From positions 1 to 64,000 of the forward strand of contig JAWODC010000043.1 in assembly GCA_046483495.1 (NCBI GenBank): 64,000 nt of DNA, read 5' to 3'. This stretch comes from Desulfobacterales bacterium (GTDB lineage Bacteria; Desulfobacterota; Desulfobacteria; Desulfobacterales; UBA5616). Each line of letters begins with the position of its first letter. Positions within the stretch are counted from its first letter, which is position 1. The notes under the pieces were generated by a model. It was not told where the DNA came from. It made no database searches and saw only the letters and a list, made by a program, of their open reading frames with translations. The position numbers and the translations under genes were made by a program. This document shows, piece after piece, positions 44,118 through 54,102 of this stretch.

Positions 44118-45005
44118 GTGTTGGACGAACAAAAACAAAAAATTCTCATCGCCGTGGACGGCTCCGACCAAGCCCTCAATGCCGTACGATATGTCGCCGC
44201 AATCATGGACCCCATCAGTACCATTGCCGTTTTGTTTAATATTGAAAATGAGAGTCCCTCCTGGATCAGGGATGTTCAGGACAACCCTCTCTATCGCGTG
44301 GAAACCAGTGGTGCGAAACAGTGGTCGCTCAATCGGAAAAAGATCATTCGGCAGTTTTTTGACGATGCAAAGCTGATATTGTCGGATGCCGGATTTCCAC
44401 AGGACAATATTCGACCGGTCATTCACATTAAAAACGTGGGAATCGCATCGGATATCCTCGAGGAGTCAAAAAACGGTTATTCCGCCGTGGTCATGGGCCG
44501 ATCCGGCATCAGCAAACTCAAGGATTTGCTGTTCGGCAGTTTTGCCCAAAATCTGATCGGCAAGATCAAGGATATTCCTCTTGTCATCGTCGGCGGAAAA
44601 AAATTTTCCAGAAACATTATGATAGCCTATGATCCGGCGGTATGGACGCCGAATAACGTCAATTGCGTCGGATCACTGCTGAAATCATGCGAATGCAAGT
44701 TAAAGATCTGCCACGCCGTCAGGTCGAAAGTTATCGACCAGGCACGCATTACCCGCTCTATGGAGGAGGCCAGAAACTTGCTGCTGCGATTCGGAAAACC
44801 GATCGCCTGTGTTGAAAGCGAAGTCATCTCCATTAAGAAAGGACCTGCCTTCGATATCATCGAGGCAGCCATAAAAGAGAACTATGATACCATCGTTGTA
44901 GGGCGCCGGGGATTTTTGTCGTATTATCAGGAACAGTTCGGTGGGCGGTTCAGCAAAAAAATAATGAGGCGGTCAAACCAGATGGCGGTATGGATTTTAA
45001 GTTAG
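44118..45005 (+). CDS. Universal stress protein (tandem USP domains)
   Basis: KILIAVDGS, VVMGRSG, IVVGRRG. Confidence 0.88.
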   Translation: MLDEQKQKILIAVDGSDQALNAVRYVAAIMDPISTIAVLFNIENESPSWIRDVQDNPLYRVETSGAKQWSLNRKKIIRQFFDDAKLILSDAGFPQDNIRPVIHIKNVGIASDILEESKNGYSAVVMGRSGISKLKDLLFGSFAQNLIGKIKDIPLVIVGGKKFSRNIMIAYDPAVWTPNNVNCVGSLLKSCECKLKICHAVRSKVIDQARITRSMEEARNLLLRFGKPIACVESEVISIKKGPAFDIIEAAIKENYDTIVVGRRGFLSYYQEQFGGRFSKKIMRRSNQMAVWILS

Positions 45006-45147
45006 TGCCCACCCGGAAATGGCCAATTCACTCCATTTCTACATTGGCCGGAATATTTCAATCCTCAAAATACATCACGTATTCCTGCGGTTAAAATCTT
45101 CCGGCCGCCTTGAACTGATGCGAATTTTCTCATTATCGGACGGGCAC
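45005..45147. mobile_element. MITE-like ~143-bp imperfect palindromic element
   Basis: Ends GTGCCCACCCGGAAATG / CATTATCGGACGGGCAC; internal IR GGCCGGAATATTTCAATC / GGTTAAAATCTTCCGGCC; non-coding. Confidence 0.65.
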
Positions 45148-45195
45148 TGGTCATGCCGTCATTTTCGGCGGCTTTTCGGCCCATAAAGCCGCTGT

Positions 45196-45702
45196 TTATA
45201 CCGGCTTGTCCAGGGACGTGCCGAAATCATAATCCCGCTTTTCGTATTTCAGTATTATGGACACCTCGGTTCTTATCACACCATCGATCTTGCTGATCTT
45301 GTTGATGATAAGATCGTTTAACGCCTCGAAATCCTCGACCACGAATTCGGCATTGATGTTGGTTATCCCGGTCGTTATCACGATGTACCACAATTCTCTG
45401 AATTTCTTCAGCTCTTCGATGACCCGTCCGATTTTTTTCATCTCCGCATGAATATACAGGTCACCGGTCACATTGAAGCCGAGTTTAAGGGGATTTGCCA
45501 CGGCGACAATTTGGATCAAGGATTCTTCGATCAGGCGTTTCAACCGGTTCCTTACCGTGGCCTCGGACACGCCTAATTGCTTGGAAATGTCAATGTTGGA
45601 CAACCGTCCGTTTTGTTGAAGCAAACCGATAATGTGCGCATCGATACGGTCGATATTCCGCTTCTTATCCGGTTTGCCTGCGTCGATATTCGGCATAATC
45701 AT
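45196..45702 (-). CDS. Lrp/AsnC family transcriptional regulator
   Basis: IDRIDAHIIGLLQQNGRLS..LGVSEATVRNRLKRL HTH; C-terminal RAM-type domain. Confidence 0.92.
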   Translation of the reverse strand: MIMPNIDAGKPDKKRNIDRIDAHIIGLLQQNGRLSNIDISKQLGVSEATVRNRLKRLIEESLIQIVAVANPLKLGFNVTGDLYIHAEMKKIGRVIEELKKFRELWYIVITTGITNINAEFVVEDFEALNDLIINKISKIDGVIRTEVSIILKYEKRDYDFGTSLDKPV

Positions 45703-45793
45703 CCCCCCTCAAATAATAAAGACCAACCAACCATAACCCATAACCCATGACCCATAACCCAAATGCCACAACCATCCATTCGAAGTCAAAACA

Positions 45794-45931
45794 AATCTGC
45801 AATTTTTTACACTTAAAATTGCTTTAATCGTATTTATTCATTCTTTTAGTTATATAAATCGCAATTTTTTGCTTAAATATTACATAAATCGTTTTTCATG
45901 CTTGACTTCTAATACCCTGCTCATTTATAGT
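45794..45931. promoter_or_regulatory. Phased AATC(G) sites (~31-bp spacing) and putative panB promoter
   Basis: AATC at 45794, 45826, 45857, 45887; TTGACT-18-TATAGT at 45902-45931. Confidence 0.5.
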
Positions 45932-45969
45932 GGAAATAATCGTTAAACCCAAACCTGCCAGGAGGTTAT

Positions 45970-46755
45970 ATGGATGTCATCACCATTCCGAAACTTTTAG
46001 AGATGAAGCAGAAGGGCGAAAAAATCACCATGCTCACGGCCTACGATTACCCGTTTGCCAGAATCGTGGATTCGGCGGGCATCGATATCATTCTTGTGGG
46101 CGATTCGTTGGGCAATGTCATCCAGGGAGAAACCAGCACCCTGCCGGTTACCATGGATGAAATGATCTATCATACACGAATCGTGTCGAGAGGGGTGCAG
46201 CGTGCCATGGTGATCGGAGATATGCCGTTTTTATCGTACCAAACCGATGTGGCGGATGCGATATATAATGCCGGCCGGTTTTTAAAGGAAACCGGGGCAC
46301 AGGCGGTAAAGCTCGAAGGCGGCGCCCGCGTCAGCCATATTATCAAGGCAATTTCCGATGCCTCGATCCCGGTTCAGGCCCATGTAGGACTCACCCCTCA
46401 ATCCGTTCACCAGATGGGTGGATTCAAAGTCCAGCGCGATGCCGAGCGGCTGATCGCGGATGCAAAAGAGGTTGAAGCGGCAGGAGCGTTCTCTATCGTT
46501 CTCGAGGGAATACCGGCCGACATCGCAGGGAAGATCACGGCGGCGGTTTCGATACCCACCATCGGCATCGGTGCCGGACGGGATTGCGATGGGCAGGTCC
46601 TTGTAATGCATGACCTGTTGGGGCTCAATGATCGGCGCCTTCCCAAGTTCGTCAAAAAATATGCAAACCTGTGGGATGCGTCGAAACGGGCGATCGAAAC
46701 CTATATATCGGAAGTAAATGACGGCGTTTTTCCCGGGGACGAGCATTGCTATTGA
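45970..46755 (+). CDS. panB: 3-methyl-2-oxobutanoate hydroxymethyltransferase
   Basis: [46 protein letters not shown]. Confidence 0.96.
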   Translation: MDVITIPKLLEMKQKGEKITMLTAYDYPFARIVDSAGIDIILVGDSLGNVIQGETSTLPVTMDEMIYHTRIVSRGVQRAMVIGDMPFLSYQTDVADAIYNAGRFLKETGAQAVKLEGGARVSHIIKAISDASIPVQAHVGLTPQSVHQMGGFKVQRDAERLIADAKEVEAAGAFSIVLEGIPADIAGKITAAVSIPTIGIGAGRDCDGQVLVMHDLLGLNDRRLPKFVKKYANLWDASKRAIETYISEVNDGVFPGDEHCY

Positions 46756-46797
46756 CGCGCGAAGAGTGCCTGTCCATCTTCTTTAACGCCGGAACCT

Positions 46798-49700
46798 TCA
46801 CCGCCGCGCCGGTTTCTTCCCGAATATACCGCGGATATCGGCTACGATTCGGATCAGGACCGGAAGCAAAAACACCAGGATAATGCTGGCAAACAGCAGG
46901 CCGAAAGCCAGGCTGATGGCCATGGGAATGAGAAATCGGGCCTGAAGACTGGTTTCCAGGAGCATGGGCAGCAAAGCCAGCGTGGTGGTCAGCGTGGTCA
47001 ATAGAATAGGCCGGAAACGCCGCCGGACGGCATCCAGAAGCGCCTCATAAGCAGTGAAGGTCTCCGCTCGCCGCTGCCTGTTGTAATAATCGATCAATAT
47101 AACCGAATCGTTGATGACAACACCCGTCAAAGCCACCAGTCCGAAAATCGAAATAAAGGACAGGTCATAACCCAGCAGGAGGTGCCCCAACAGCGCGCCC
47201 ACCATTCCGAACGGGATGATGGCCATGATGATGAAGGGCTGCAGATAGCTTTTGAGTTGAGCACCGAGCATCACGAAGATGATAAGCAGAGCCGTGAGCA
47301 TGTTTTGCGCCAGGGACATCATGTCCTCGCGCCGGTCTTCGCTTTCACCGGTGATGCTCGCTGATATTCCCGGGTATCGGCTTCGAATTTCCGGAACGAC
47401 CTCTTCCATGATGATATCCAACGCTTCATCGGGTGTGGTATACCGCTCATCAACATCCGCCGTCACGTTTACGACTCTCCGGCCGTCCACATGCTTGATC
47501 TGCGAGTAGGTGCGCTGCTCGTGAATCCGTGTCATGGTTTCCAGCGGCGCCTTTTCGCCGTTCGGCAGGGTTATACGAAAATCGTAAATGGCCTGAATCC
47601 GCTCCCGTTCCTCCGGAGGATAGCGAACCATGACCTTCAGTTCCGTTCGCAATCGCTGGATGCGCTGAACTTCGTAGCCGTAAAATGCGTTGCGCAGCTG
47701 CCGGCCGATATCGGCCGGTTTAAGGCCCGCCGCAAGGCCGATCGGCGTCAGTTCGAACACATACTCCAGCTTGCCTTTTTTTAAACTGTCGGCGATCTCT
47801 ACAACTCCCTCCATGTTGCGCATCCGGTCCTTCATCAATTCGGAGGCCCTGTCGAGGACCTCGACATCTTCGTGGGCCAGCTGGATGTTGATATCCTCTC
47901 CCCCGGAGACAATGCTGCTCTGAAACGACAATTCATCGATATTCGGAATTCTTCCGATGGCGTTCTGCAGCCGATGTTCGATTTCCAGGGCCGACACATT
48001 CCGCAGCGGCGCATCGATCAACTGGATGCGAAGCTGCGCACGATTGCTGGTGGTTGCGGACACTTCGCCGGCCCCGCCCGGCTCCTGATCCGTGAATACC
48101 GCCCCGATAATGACGGAAATACTGTCAAAGAGCGATTTTTCCGCCGTTTGTGCCAGATTCTCATCGACCTGCTCTGCGGCATTCAACAGGGTCATCGCAT
48201 TCTTTCGCGTTACCTCGAACGGCGTTCCCACCGGCATCACCAGGGTCGCGTTGACCTGGTCCCCTTCGATCTGAGGGAAAAAAATGAACCGGATAATGCC
48301 CGCACGGAAAAGACCGGTGAAAAGGATCAGCAGAGCGATAAATGCCGCTAAAACCGCGTACCGCCAATAGAGGGCATGCTCCAAAACCGGTATGAACCAA
48401 CGTGTAAGAAAACGATCCAGGCCGCCGTTGACGCTTCGGCTGATGCGCGCTATGATCCCGCGGCTCCAGCGATTCGAAGAAGACAAATGCGCCGGCAGAA
48501 TCGTAAATGCCTCCACCAGCGAAACGATCAGGATGCTGATGACAAATATTGGAATGGGGCGCAGGACCTGTCCCAGTATCCCCCGTGTAAACGCCAGGGG
48601 GGCAAAGGCCGCCACGCTGGTGAGAACACCGATGGTCACCGGCGCCCTGACGGCCCTGACGCCGGAAACAGCCGCCTCTTTATGCCGCCTGCCGGACTCC
48701 TGCTCGGAAAAAATGCTTTCACCGGTGACAATAGCGTCATCCACGACAATCCCCAACACCACGATCAGAGCGAATAGCGTGATCATATTGAAACTCATTC
48801 CGAAAAGCGCGACGAACAGGAGACCGCCGAGAAACGAAATCGGGATGCCCATGCTGGTCCAGAAGGCCAGTTTGAGGTCGAGAAAAACCAGCAGAAGAAT
48901 AAACACCAGAGCATAACCCATCAGTGCATTGCGGGCAAGCAGGTTAATCCGCTGCTTTAAAATCCGGGTCTGGTTTTCCAACACGGCGATATCAATGCCG
49001 GCGGGCAGCGTGAGGTCCTTCAAATAATTCTGGACGGCCTTTTCCACCCGAAGGGTATCCTGCGATTCACTCCGTGAAATTTGAACAAAAACGGCCGGTA
49101 CACCATTATGGCGGGTAATGAGGTTTTCATCCGTGAGCCCGTCCACGATGGCGGCGATATCGCGCAGGCGAAGCAGGCTGCCGTCGGGAAGGCTCTTTAC
49201 CACGATATCTCTAAAAGCTTCCCCCACGTATCCTTTTTCCTGTATGCGAAGCAAAATGTCCCCGGCTTCGGATTCGACCGTTCCCGCCGGCAAATCCAGG
49301 GAAGACGCCTCGACGATTCGTCCGACCCGGGCTATGTCGAGATCATATTTGCGCAGCACGTTTTCCGGAATTTCAATGGCGATTTCATAGTCACGGTCAC
49401 CCTGGAGTTGGACCAGTGAAACACCAGGCACCCTCAATAATTCATTTTTTACGCGCTCGGCCCAACGCTTGAGCGTCAGTTCCGGCACCTCCCCGTGTAA
49501 AACGAGCGTGATCACCGCCGGTTGAGGATCGATCTTGGTGATAATGGGGGACTCGGCATCCTGAGGGGGGAAATCCACGAGTTGATCCACCGCATTTTTT
49601 ACATCGTCAAGCACCTCATCCGTGTCGGTGAACTGCTCTACTTCAAGAGAAACCACTCCGAGGTTTTCCTGGGCGATGGAGGTCACCTGTTCGATTCCCG

Positions 49701-49956
49701 CAACCCCGATGACGGCCTCTTCAACACGGCTGGTAATGCCGTCTTCCACTTCATGGGTTGTGGCGCCCGGATAGGGAACGCGAACGGTTACCATACGGGG
49801 ATCGATCGTGGGGAACAGTTCCGTACGCATCCGCATGGCCGAAATCAAACCGCCGGCCACGAGAAACACCAGCATCAGATTAGCGGCCACGTGGTTTCCG
49901 ATAAACCAGCCGGTGATGCCGGCTGCTCCCGTATGTTCCGAATGCTCATCCGCCAT
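46798..49956 (-). CDS. RND efflux permease (AcrB/AcrD/AcrF family)
   Basis: 1052 aa, two large periplasmic loops, GIVVDDAIV, RFRPILLT. Confidence 0.93.
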   Translation of the reverse strand: MADEHSEHTGAAGITGWFIGNHVAANLMLVFLVAGGLISAMRMRTELFPTIDPRMVTVRVPYPGATTHEVEDGITSRVEEAVIGVAGIEQVTSIAQENLGVVSLEVEQFTDTDEVLDDVKNAVDQLVDFPPQDAESPIITKIDPQPAVITLVLHGEVPELTLKRWAERVKNELLRVPGVSLVQLQGDRDYEIAIEIPENVLRKYDLDIARVGRIVEASSLDLPAGTVESEAGDILLRIQEKGYVGEAFRDIVVKSLPDGSLLRLRDIAAIVDGLTDENLITRHNGVPAVFVQISRSESQDTLRVEKAVQNYLKDLTLPAGIDIAVLENQTRILKQRINLLARNALMGYALVFILLLVFLDLKLAFWTSMGIPISFLGGLLFVALFGMSFNMITLFALIVVLGIVVDDAIVTGESIFSEQESGRRHKEAAVSGVRAVRAPVTIGVLTSVAAFAPLAFTRGILGQVLRPIPIFVISILIVSLVEAFTILPAHLSSSNRWSRGIIARISRSVNGGLDRFLTRWFIPVLEHALYWRYAVLAAFIALLILFTGLFRAGIIRFIFFPQIEGDQVNATLVMPVGTPFEVTRKNAMTLLNAAEQVDENLAQTAEKSLFDSISVIIGAVFTDQEPGGAGEVSATTSNRAQLRIQLIDAPLRNVSALEIEHRLQNAIGRIPNIDELSFQSSIVSGGEDINIQLAHEDVEVLDRASELMKDRMRNMEGVVEIADSLKKGKLEYVFELTPIGLAAGLKPADIGRQLRNAFYGYEVQRIQRLRTELKVMVRYPPEERERIQAIYDFRITLPNGEKAPLETMTRIHEQRTYSQIKHVDGRRVVNVTADVDERYTTPDEALDIIMEEVVPEIRSRYPGISASITGESEDRREDMMSLAQNMLTALLIIFVMLGAQLKSYLQPFIIMAIIPFGMVGALLGHLLLGYDLSFISIFGLVALTGVVINDSVILIDYYNRQRRAETFTAYEALLDAVRRRFRPILLTTLTTTLALLPMLLETSLQARFLIPMAISLAFGLLFASIILVFLLPVLIRIVADIRGIFGKKPARR

Positions 49957-49962
49957 CGGCTT

Positions 49963-51117
49963 CTAATTTTCCTGGGTGTTTACCGGGCGAACCCGGGTGC
50001 CTTCGGTGGCTTCGGGTATATTACCGCGCACCACCGTAATGGCGCGTCCGTCACTTTCCGCCACGACGGCTTCTTCGGTGATCTGAATTATATTCGGCTG
50101 GAGCTGCCGGAGCGTGTTTTCGGATGTAACCTCCCAGACAGACCGGTTTTCCTGCAGAGCGTTTAACGGCAGCACCCAGATATTTCGGCGCTCAGGACCG
50201 ATGATATTCACCTTTACGAACACGTCGGGCACCAGATCCGGCATCGGGTCCTTAATCCCCAGTACCGCGCGGGCCAGGCGCGTCTGCGGTTCCACCTTTC
50301 CGGAAATCCGCTTTACGAAAGCACTGTAAGTGTCCTGTTCCATATAGCCGCTGACGACGGTGATAATCGGGTCTTCACTCTCCAACAGCCACGTAAGCTG
50401 CTCCTCTTCCAGCGGCAGATCGATCTCGAGCGAAAAAATCCGGTACGCTTTTCCGTAAGACTGCCCGACAACCACGTACTGCCCCACCTCCAGGTGAAAC
50501 TCCGTCATCCGGCCGGTAAACGGCAATTTAAAATCCGTACGCGAGAGATTCAGGCGGGCGATTTTTAACCGGGCCCCGGCCGCCTCAAGAGCGGCTTTGG
50601 CTTCGGCCAATTGCGGCTTTTCCGCAACCAGGTGCGGTACGGGCGTATTCGGGTTCAGCCGGCGCCACTCCTCCACGGAGGCGCTGGAACGAGCCTCCGA
50701 AAGCTCCACCTGCGTTTCGGCGCGCGCCACTTCGGCCTTTATCTGCTCCACATTGAGACGGTAATCCGTTTTGTCGATTTGGAACAGCACGGTATCGGGA
50801 GTGAACAGGCCACCGGGGAAAGCCGAATCATCGATCGAGACGACGCGCCCGCTGACCTGGGGGACCAGATCGGTAACGGCACGCACCTGAACGGTTCCGG
50901 TAGATGAAAATCGCAGCCGATGAGACGCCGGTGCCACCCGGGCCGTTTCAACGAGCATTTCCCGCTGCCCGGCCCCACGATCGGGGTTCGGCGCCGACTC
51001 GATGGATGCGAGGTATCGGGTGACCAGAAAAGCCCCGCCAACGAAGACAATCACGAATGCCAACTGTAAGATGCCGTATATGCCATCCCTTTTCTTGGAT
51101 CGGGCATTTTCGTTCAT
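49963..51117 (-). CDS. RND periplasmic adaptor (membrane fusion protein)
   Basis: N-terminal TM, PQVSGRV, coiled hairpin, LPFTGR, VEPQTR. Confidence 0.9.
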   Translation of the reverse strand: MNENARSKKRDGIYGILQLAFVIVFVGGAFLVTRYLASIESAPNPDRGAGQREMLVETARVAPASHRLRFSSTGTVQVRAVTDLVPQVSGRVVSIDDSAFPGGLFTPDTVLFQIDKTDYRLNVEQIKAEVARAETQVELSEARSSASVEEWRRLNPNTPVPHLVAEKPQLAEAKAALEAAGARLKIARLNLSRTDFKLPFTGRMTEFHLEVGQYVVVGQSYGKAYRIFSLEIDLPLEEEQLTWLLESEDPIITVVSGYMEQDTYSAFVKRISGKVEPQTRLARAVLGIKDPMPDLVPDVFVKVNIIGPERRNIWVLPLNALQENRSVWEVTSENTLRQLQPNIIQITEEAVVAESDGRAITVVRGNIPEATEGTRVRPVNTQEN

Positions 51118-52610
51118 GAAGGCCCGCTTTCCGTCGGGAGGGGATAGTGTCGAATTACCGGTTCATCTTCCAACCAGTCCCCGCCTATGGCGAGATACAG
51201 GTTCAACCGGTTGTTCCAGGCAGCCTGACTGGCCAGCAGAAACGCCTGCTCCGCGGCATACCGCCGACGCTGAATCTCGAGCACTTCCAGAAGCGGCCGC
51301 AGCCCTCTTTTATAATAGTTCCAACCCTCCCTTTCCGCTTCAATAATATTGTCGAGACGTATTCGAAGCTTTTCGATGCGCTCGGCCAAAAACCGCTCAT
51401 TGCTGAGTGCGACCTCCACTTCCCGCAGTGCGTTCAACACCTGGCCGGCATAATCGGCGGCGAGCTCCCGGGCACGGGCTTTTTGAAGATCGATGGCGGC
51501 TCGAAGCCGACCGCCTTCGAAAAGGCGCATCATGACATCGGCGAGAATGCCGCCTGCGAGGTTTTCCGATTGAAAAAAGTCGTTGGCCTCGCTGCTTTCA
51601 AATGCAAGATCGGCGGATAGGGTCAGATCCGGATACAGGTCCGCTACGGCAATGCCGATTTCCTCGACGGCAGCCATCATCCGCAGCTCGGACGCCTGCA
51701 GGTCAGGTCGACGGTCCAGAAGCCGCCCCGGCAGGGCGATCGGAATTTTGGGAGGCGGCGGCAGTAGGGGAATATCCGTTTTCATGGGATCGGTGGTTCC
51801 GGGCTTGTATCCCAGCAAAACATCCATCGCATAGGCCTGCTCGAAAAGTTGCCGCTGAATGTCCGGAACTTCGGCGGATACGGAAGCCAGGTTCTCTCGC
51901 GCCAGGTAAATATCCGATGCCGTTATATTCGGCCCTCCAAGGCTGTACCGAAATTCCACCGTCTCCAGTGTCAACTTTCGGCTGGCGATCGTGTCTTCGG
52001 CCAATTCCAGCCGGCGTTTCAATGTGGCCAATGCCGTTCTTCGCCGGGCCAATTCCGCGATCAACGAATGGACCAGGGCTCCCGCCTCGGCGCGGGAGGC
52101 CAGATAGCGCTCTTTTGCGGCATCAATCCGTCGCCGTATTTTTCCAAATAGATCGACCTGCCAGCTCGTGCTCAACCCGAGTTCGAGCCGGGTGACATAA
52201 AAGCGCATGTCCCCACCCCCCGGAATCGGGATCCCGGAAGCTGCCGTTACGCTCTCGAGGGGCTGCATCCGTCTTGTTCCCGAGCCTGATGCAGCGACAG
52301 CGGGCACCCGATCGCCCTGTGCGATCCCCAACTGCGCCCATGCCTGCTCGATGCGCGCTGCGGCCTGCTTGAGTTGCAGATTCTCAGAAAGCAGCACATC
52401 GACATAGCCGTCCATCAGCGGATCGTCCATCCGCCGCCACCAACGGTTTAAATCATCTTCCCCGACACATTTCCATACACCTTCACCCCCGCCTTGAAAT
52501 GCGCCCTCCTCCGTCAGTGCGGTGTCCGGACGAGCGTACTCCGGCCCTACCGTACAGGCGCACGGCAACATCAACAGCATGACTGTGACTAAAAGACGGT
52601 AAAGCCACAT
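51114..52610 (-). CDS. Outer-membrane efflux lipoprotein (NodT/OprM-TolC family)
   Basis: Lipobox-like CACTVGPEY, WW...DP, WQVDLFG, LLDRRPDL, LYLAIGG; start re-placed at 52610. Confidence 0.9.
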   Translation of the reverse strand: MWLYRLLVTVMLLMLPCACTVGPEYARPDTALTEEGAFQGGGEGVWKCVGEDDLNRWWRRMDDPLMDGYVDVLLSENLQLKQAAARIEQAWAQLGIAQGDRVPAVAASGSGTRRMQPLESVTAASGIPIPGGGDMRFYVTRLELGLSTSWQVDLFGKIRRRIDAAKERYLASRAEAGALVHSLIAELARRRTALATLKRRLELAEDTIASRKLTLETVEFRYSLGGPNITASDIYLARENLASVSAEVPDIQRQLFEQAYAMDVLLGYKPGTTDPMKTDIPLLPPPPKIPIALPGRLLDRRPDLQASELRMMAAVEEIGIAVADLYPDLTLSADLAFESSEANDFFQSENLAGGILADVMMRLFEGGRLRAAIDLQKARARELAADYAGQVLNALREVEVALSNERFLAERIEKLRIRLDNIIEAEREGWNYYKRGLRPLLEVLEIQRRRYAAEQAFLLASQAAWNNRLNLYLAIGGDWLEDEPVIRHYPLPTESGPS

Positions 52611-52837
52611 ATTCTCATCCAATTGGAAATCGTTCTTGCAGAAGATAACACCAAACGAATCGACCGGCACTGCGCCGGCCGCAACGCACGGCCCCAATTG
52701 AGTGTAATATCTTATTCCGATTAATATAAACGAAGAAAGGACGTAAAAAAATAAGGGAGATCCAGTATTTGTGGACAATAAATGGATTTATTTCAGGGCA
52801 TACGGCAAATCGGAAACCGGTTCCGTAAAAAGATGGG

Positions 52838-53512
52838 CTATTCCATCCCCCTGTGGTTGCGCCAGTATTCGTATTCGTAGGGCCATTCGGTTTTCCGCCA
52901 TTGCACCAGCCGGTACATCCGCTCCCGAAAGGATGACATGGCCTGTTCGACGGCCGGGTCCATGGCCCCGGTCTTCCAGGCGCGAACGAGATTGTTTCCA
53001 AGCATTCGTGCGCTTTGCCGGATGTCATCGGTAAAACGGTTATCCGTCAAAAGCCCCATGGTCGCCCAAACCGAGCCGACCGGGCGAACGCCGGTGATGA
53101 GCAGAAAATGGTTCATGTACTCGGCAATGGCCGATTCGTCACCGCCCCCGGAGGTAATGACGGAAGCGCCGTATTTCCCCTCGAAACCCATGAGGTGGAC
53201 CACGCTGCAGCACCGGTCCATAAATGCCTTCAGTTGTGCACTGACGCTGAAAATATAATTGGGGCTGGCCAGGATCAACCCTTCCGCCTGCTCGATTTTT
53301 TCGCGGATACGCTCGAAATCATCTTTCTGGACGCATTTTCCTTTTTTGTGGCAGGCGTCGCACGCCAGGCAGGGAAAAACCGTATCCCCCTTCAGCAGAA
53401 TGGTTTCGATGGAAGCGCCCTTCTCCATGGCCCCCTCGTGCACCCGATCGAGCAATGCGGCCGTGTTTCCCTTTTCCCCGTGCGGACTTCCAATAAGGCT
53501 GATAATTTTCAC
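52838..53512 (-). CDS. Iron-sulfur flavoprotein / NADPH-dependent FMN reductase (flavodoxin-like)
   Basis: GSPH..GNT, CLACDACHKKGKC compact Fe-S motif, ASPNY, LKAFMDR; GTG start after SD GAGGAGG. Confidence 0.88.
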   Translation of the reverse strand: MKIISLIGSPHGEKGNTAALLDRVHEGAMEKGASIETILLKGDTVFPCLACDACHKKGKCVQKDDFERIREKIEQAEGLILASPNYIFSVSAQLKAFMDRCCSVVHLMGFEGKYGASVITSGGGDESAIAEYMNHFLLITGVRPVGSVWATMGLLTDNRFTDDIRQSARMLGNNLVRAWKTGAMDPAVEQAMSSFRERMYRLVQWRKTEWPYEYEYWRNHRGME

Positions 53513-53535
53513 GTAAAACCTCCTCATGACACTGA

Positions 53536-53569
53536 TTAGTGCCCATCCAGAAATCTGGATGGGCACTTA
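53536..53569. mobile_element. TIR-only derivative of the MITE at 45005, flanked by TTA direct repeats
   Basis: TTA-GTGCCCATCCAGAAATCTGGATGGGCAC-TTA; perfect hairpin; 15/17 identity to the left end of the 45 kb element. Confidence 0.6.
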
Positions 53570-53597
53570 TTCGTTCCGTTGCATGCCGGGAACAATA

Positions 53598-53957
53598 CTA
53601 CAGGCTGATGACCGCTGATTCGCAGGCCAGGCCGATAAGCTCCGATGCAGCAGCCATCCGGGCGCCCTCGATGAGGTCCTCCTCGGAAATCTGCCGTGCG
53701 ACGGCACACGGGGTGCAGACAAGGATGGGGACATCGTTGGCTTGAAGATAGGTCAGATGATCATCGGCCGAATCCCCGGTGGCCGCCCGAACATTATCCA
53801 CCATCCCGGCCTTCCCGACGAAAACCCCCTCGTCCAGGAGAAAAAGTGTGACATTTTTTCCTTCCTTGTGGGCGGTCATCGCCAGATGAATGGCCCGGGT
53901 GGTCCGGTTGGGGTTGTCCGTCCCGCAGGATAAAACGATGACGATATTGTCGGTCAT
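53598..53957 (-). CDS. DsrE/DsrF-like sulfur relay family protein
   Basis: VTLFLLDEGV, ILVCTPCAVAR, ~120 aa. Confidence 0.85.
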   Translation of the reverse strand: MTDNIVIVLSCGTDNPNRTTRAIHLAMTAHKEGKNVTLFLLDEGVFVGKAGMVDNVRAATGDSADDHLTYLQANDVPILVCTPCAVARQISEEDLIEGARMAAASELIGLACESAVISL

Positions 53958-54102
53958 GCATGGATCCTTTCATCATATCAGACCATCATTTTAAAACGTG
54001 CTAAAAATACCACAATCGGAAAGCATTTAAAATGATCTTTTGTACGGAACAGACAAGGGGCTGCATAGGAAGATAGCAGGACGGCTTTCTTTCGATTCTC
54101 GA

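Noticed and set aside
45196..45702. Lrp-like ORF as AhbA/AhbB siroheme decarboxylase
   Set aside because: It has a classical AsnC HTH, a divergent-regulator layout, and lies 38 kb from the ahb genes.
46798..52610. RND/MFP/OMF as the secretion system for the giant RTX protein
   Set aside because: Type I secretion needs an ABC transporter; this is an AcrB-type pump with a lipoprotein OMF.
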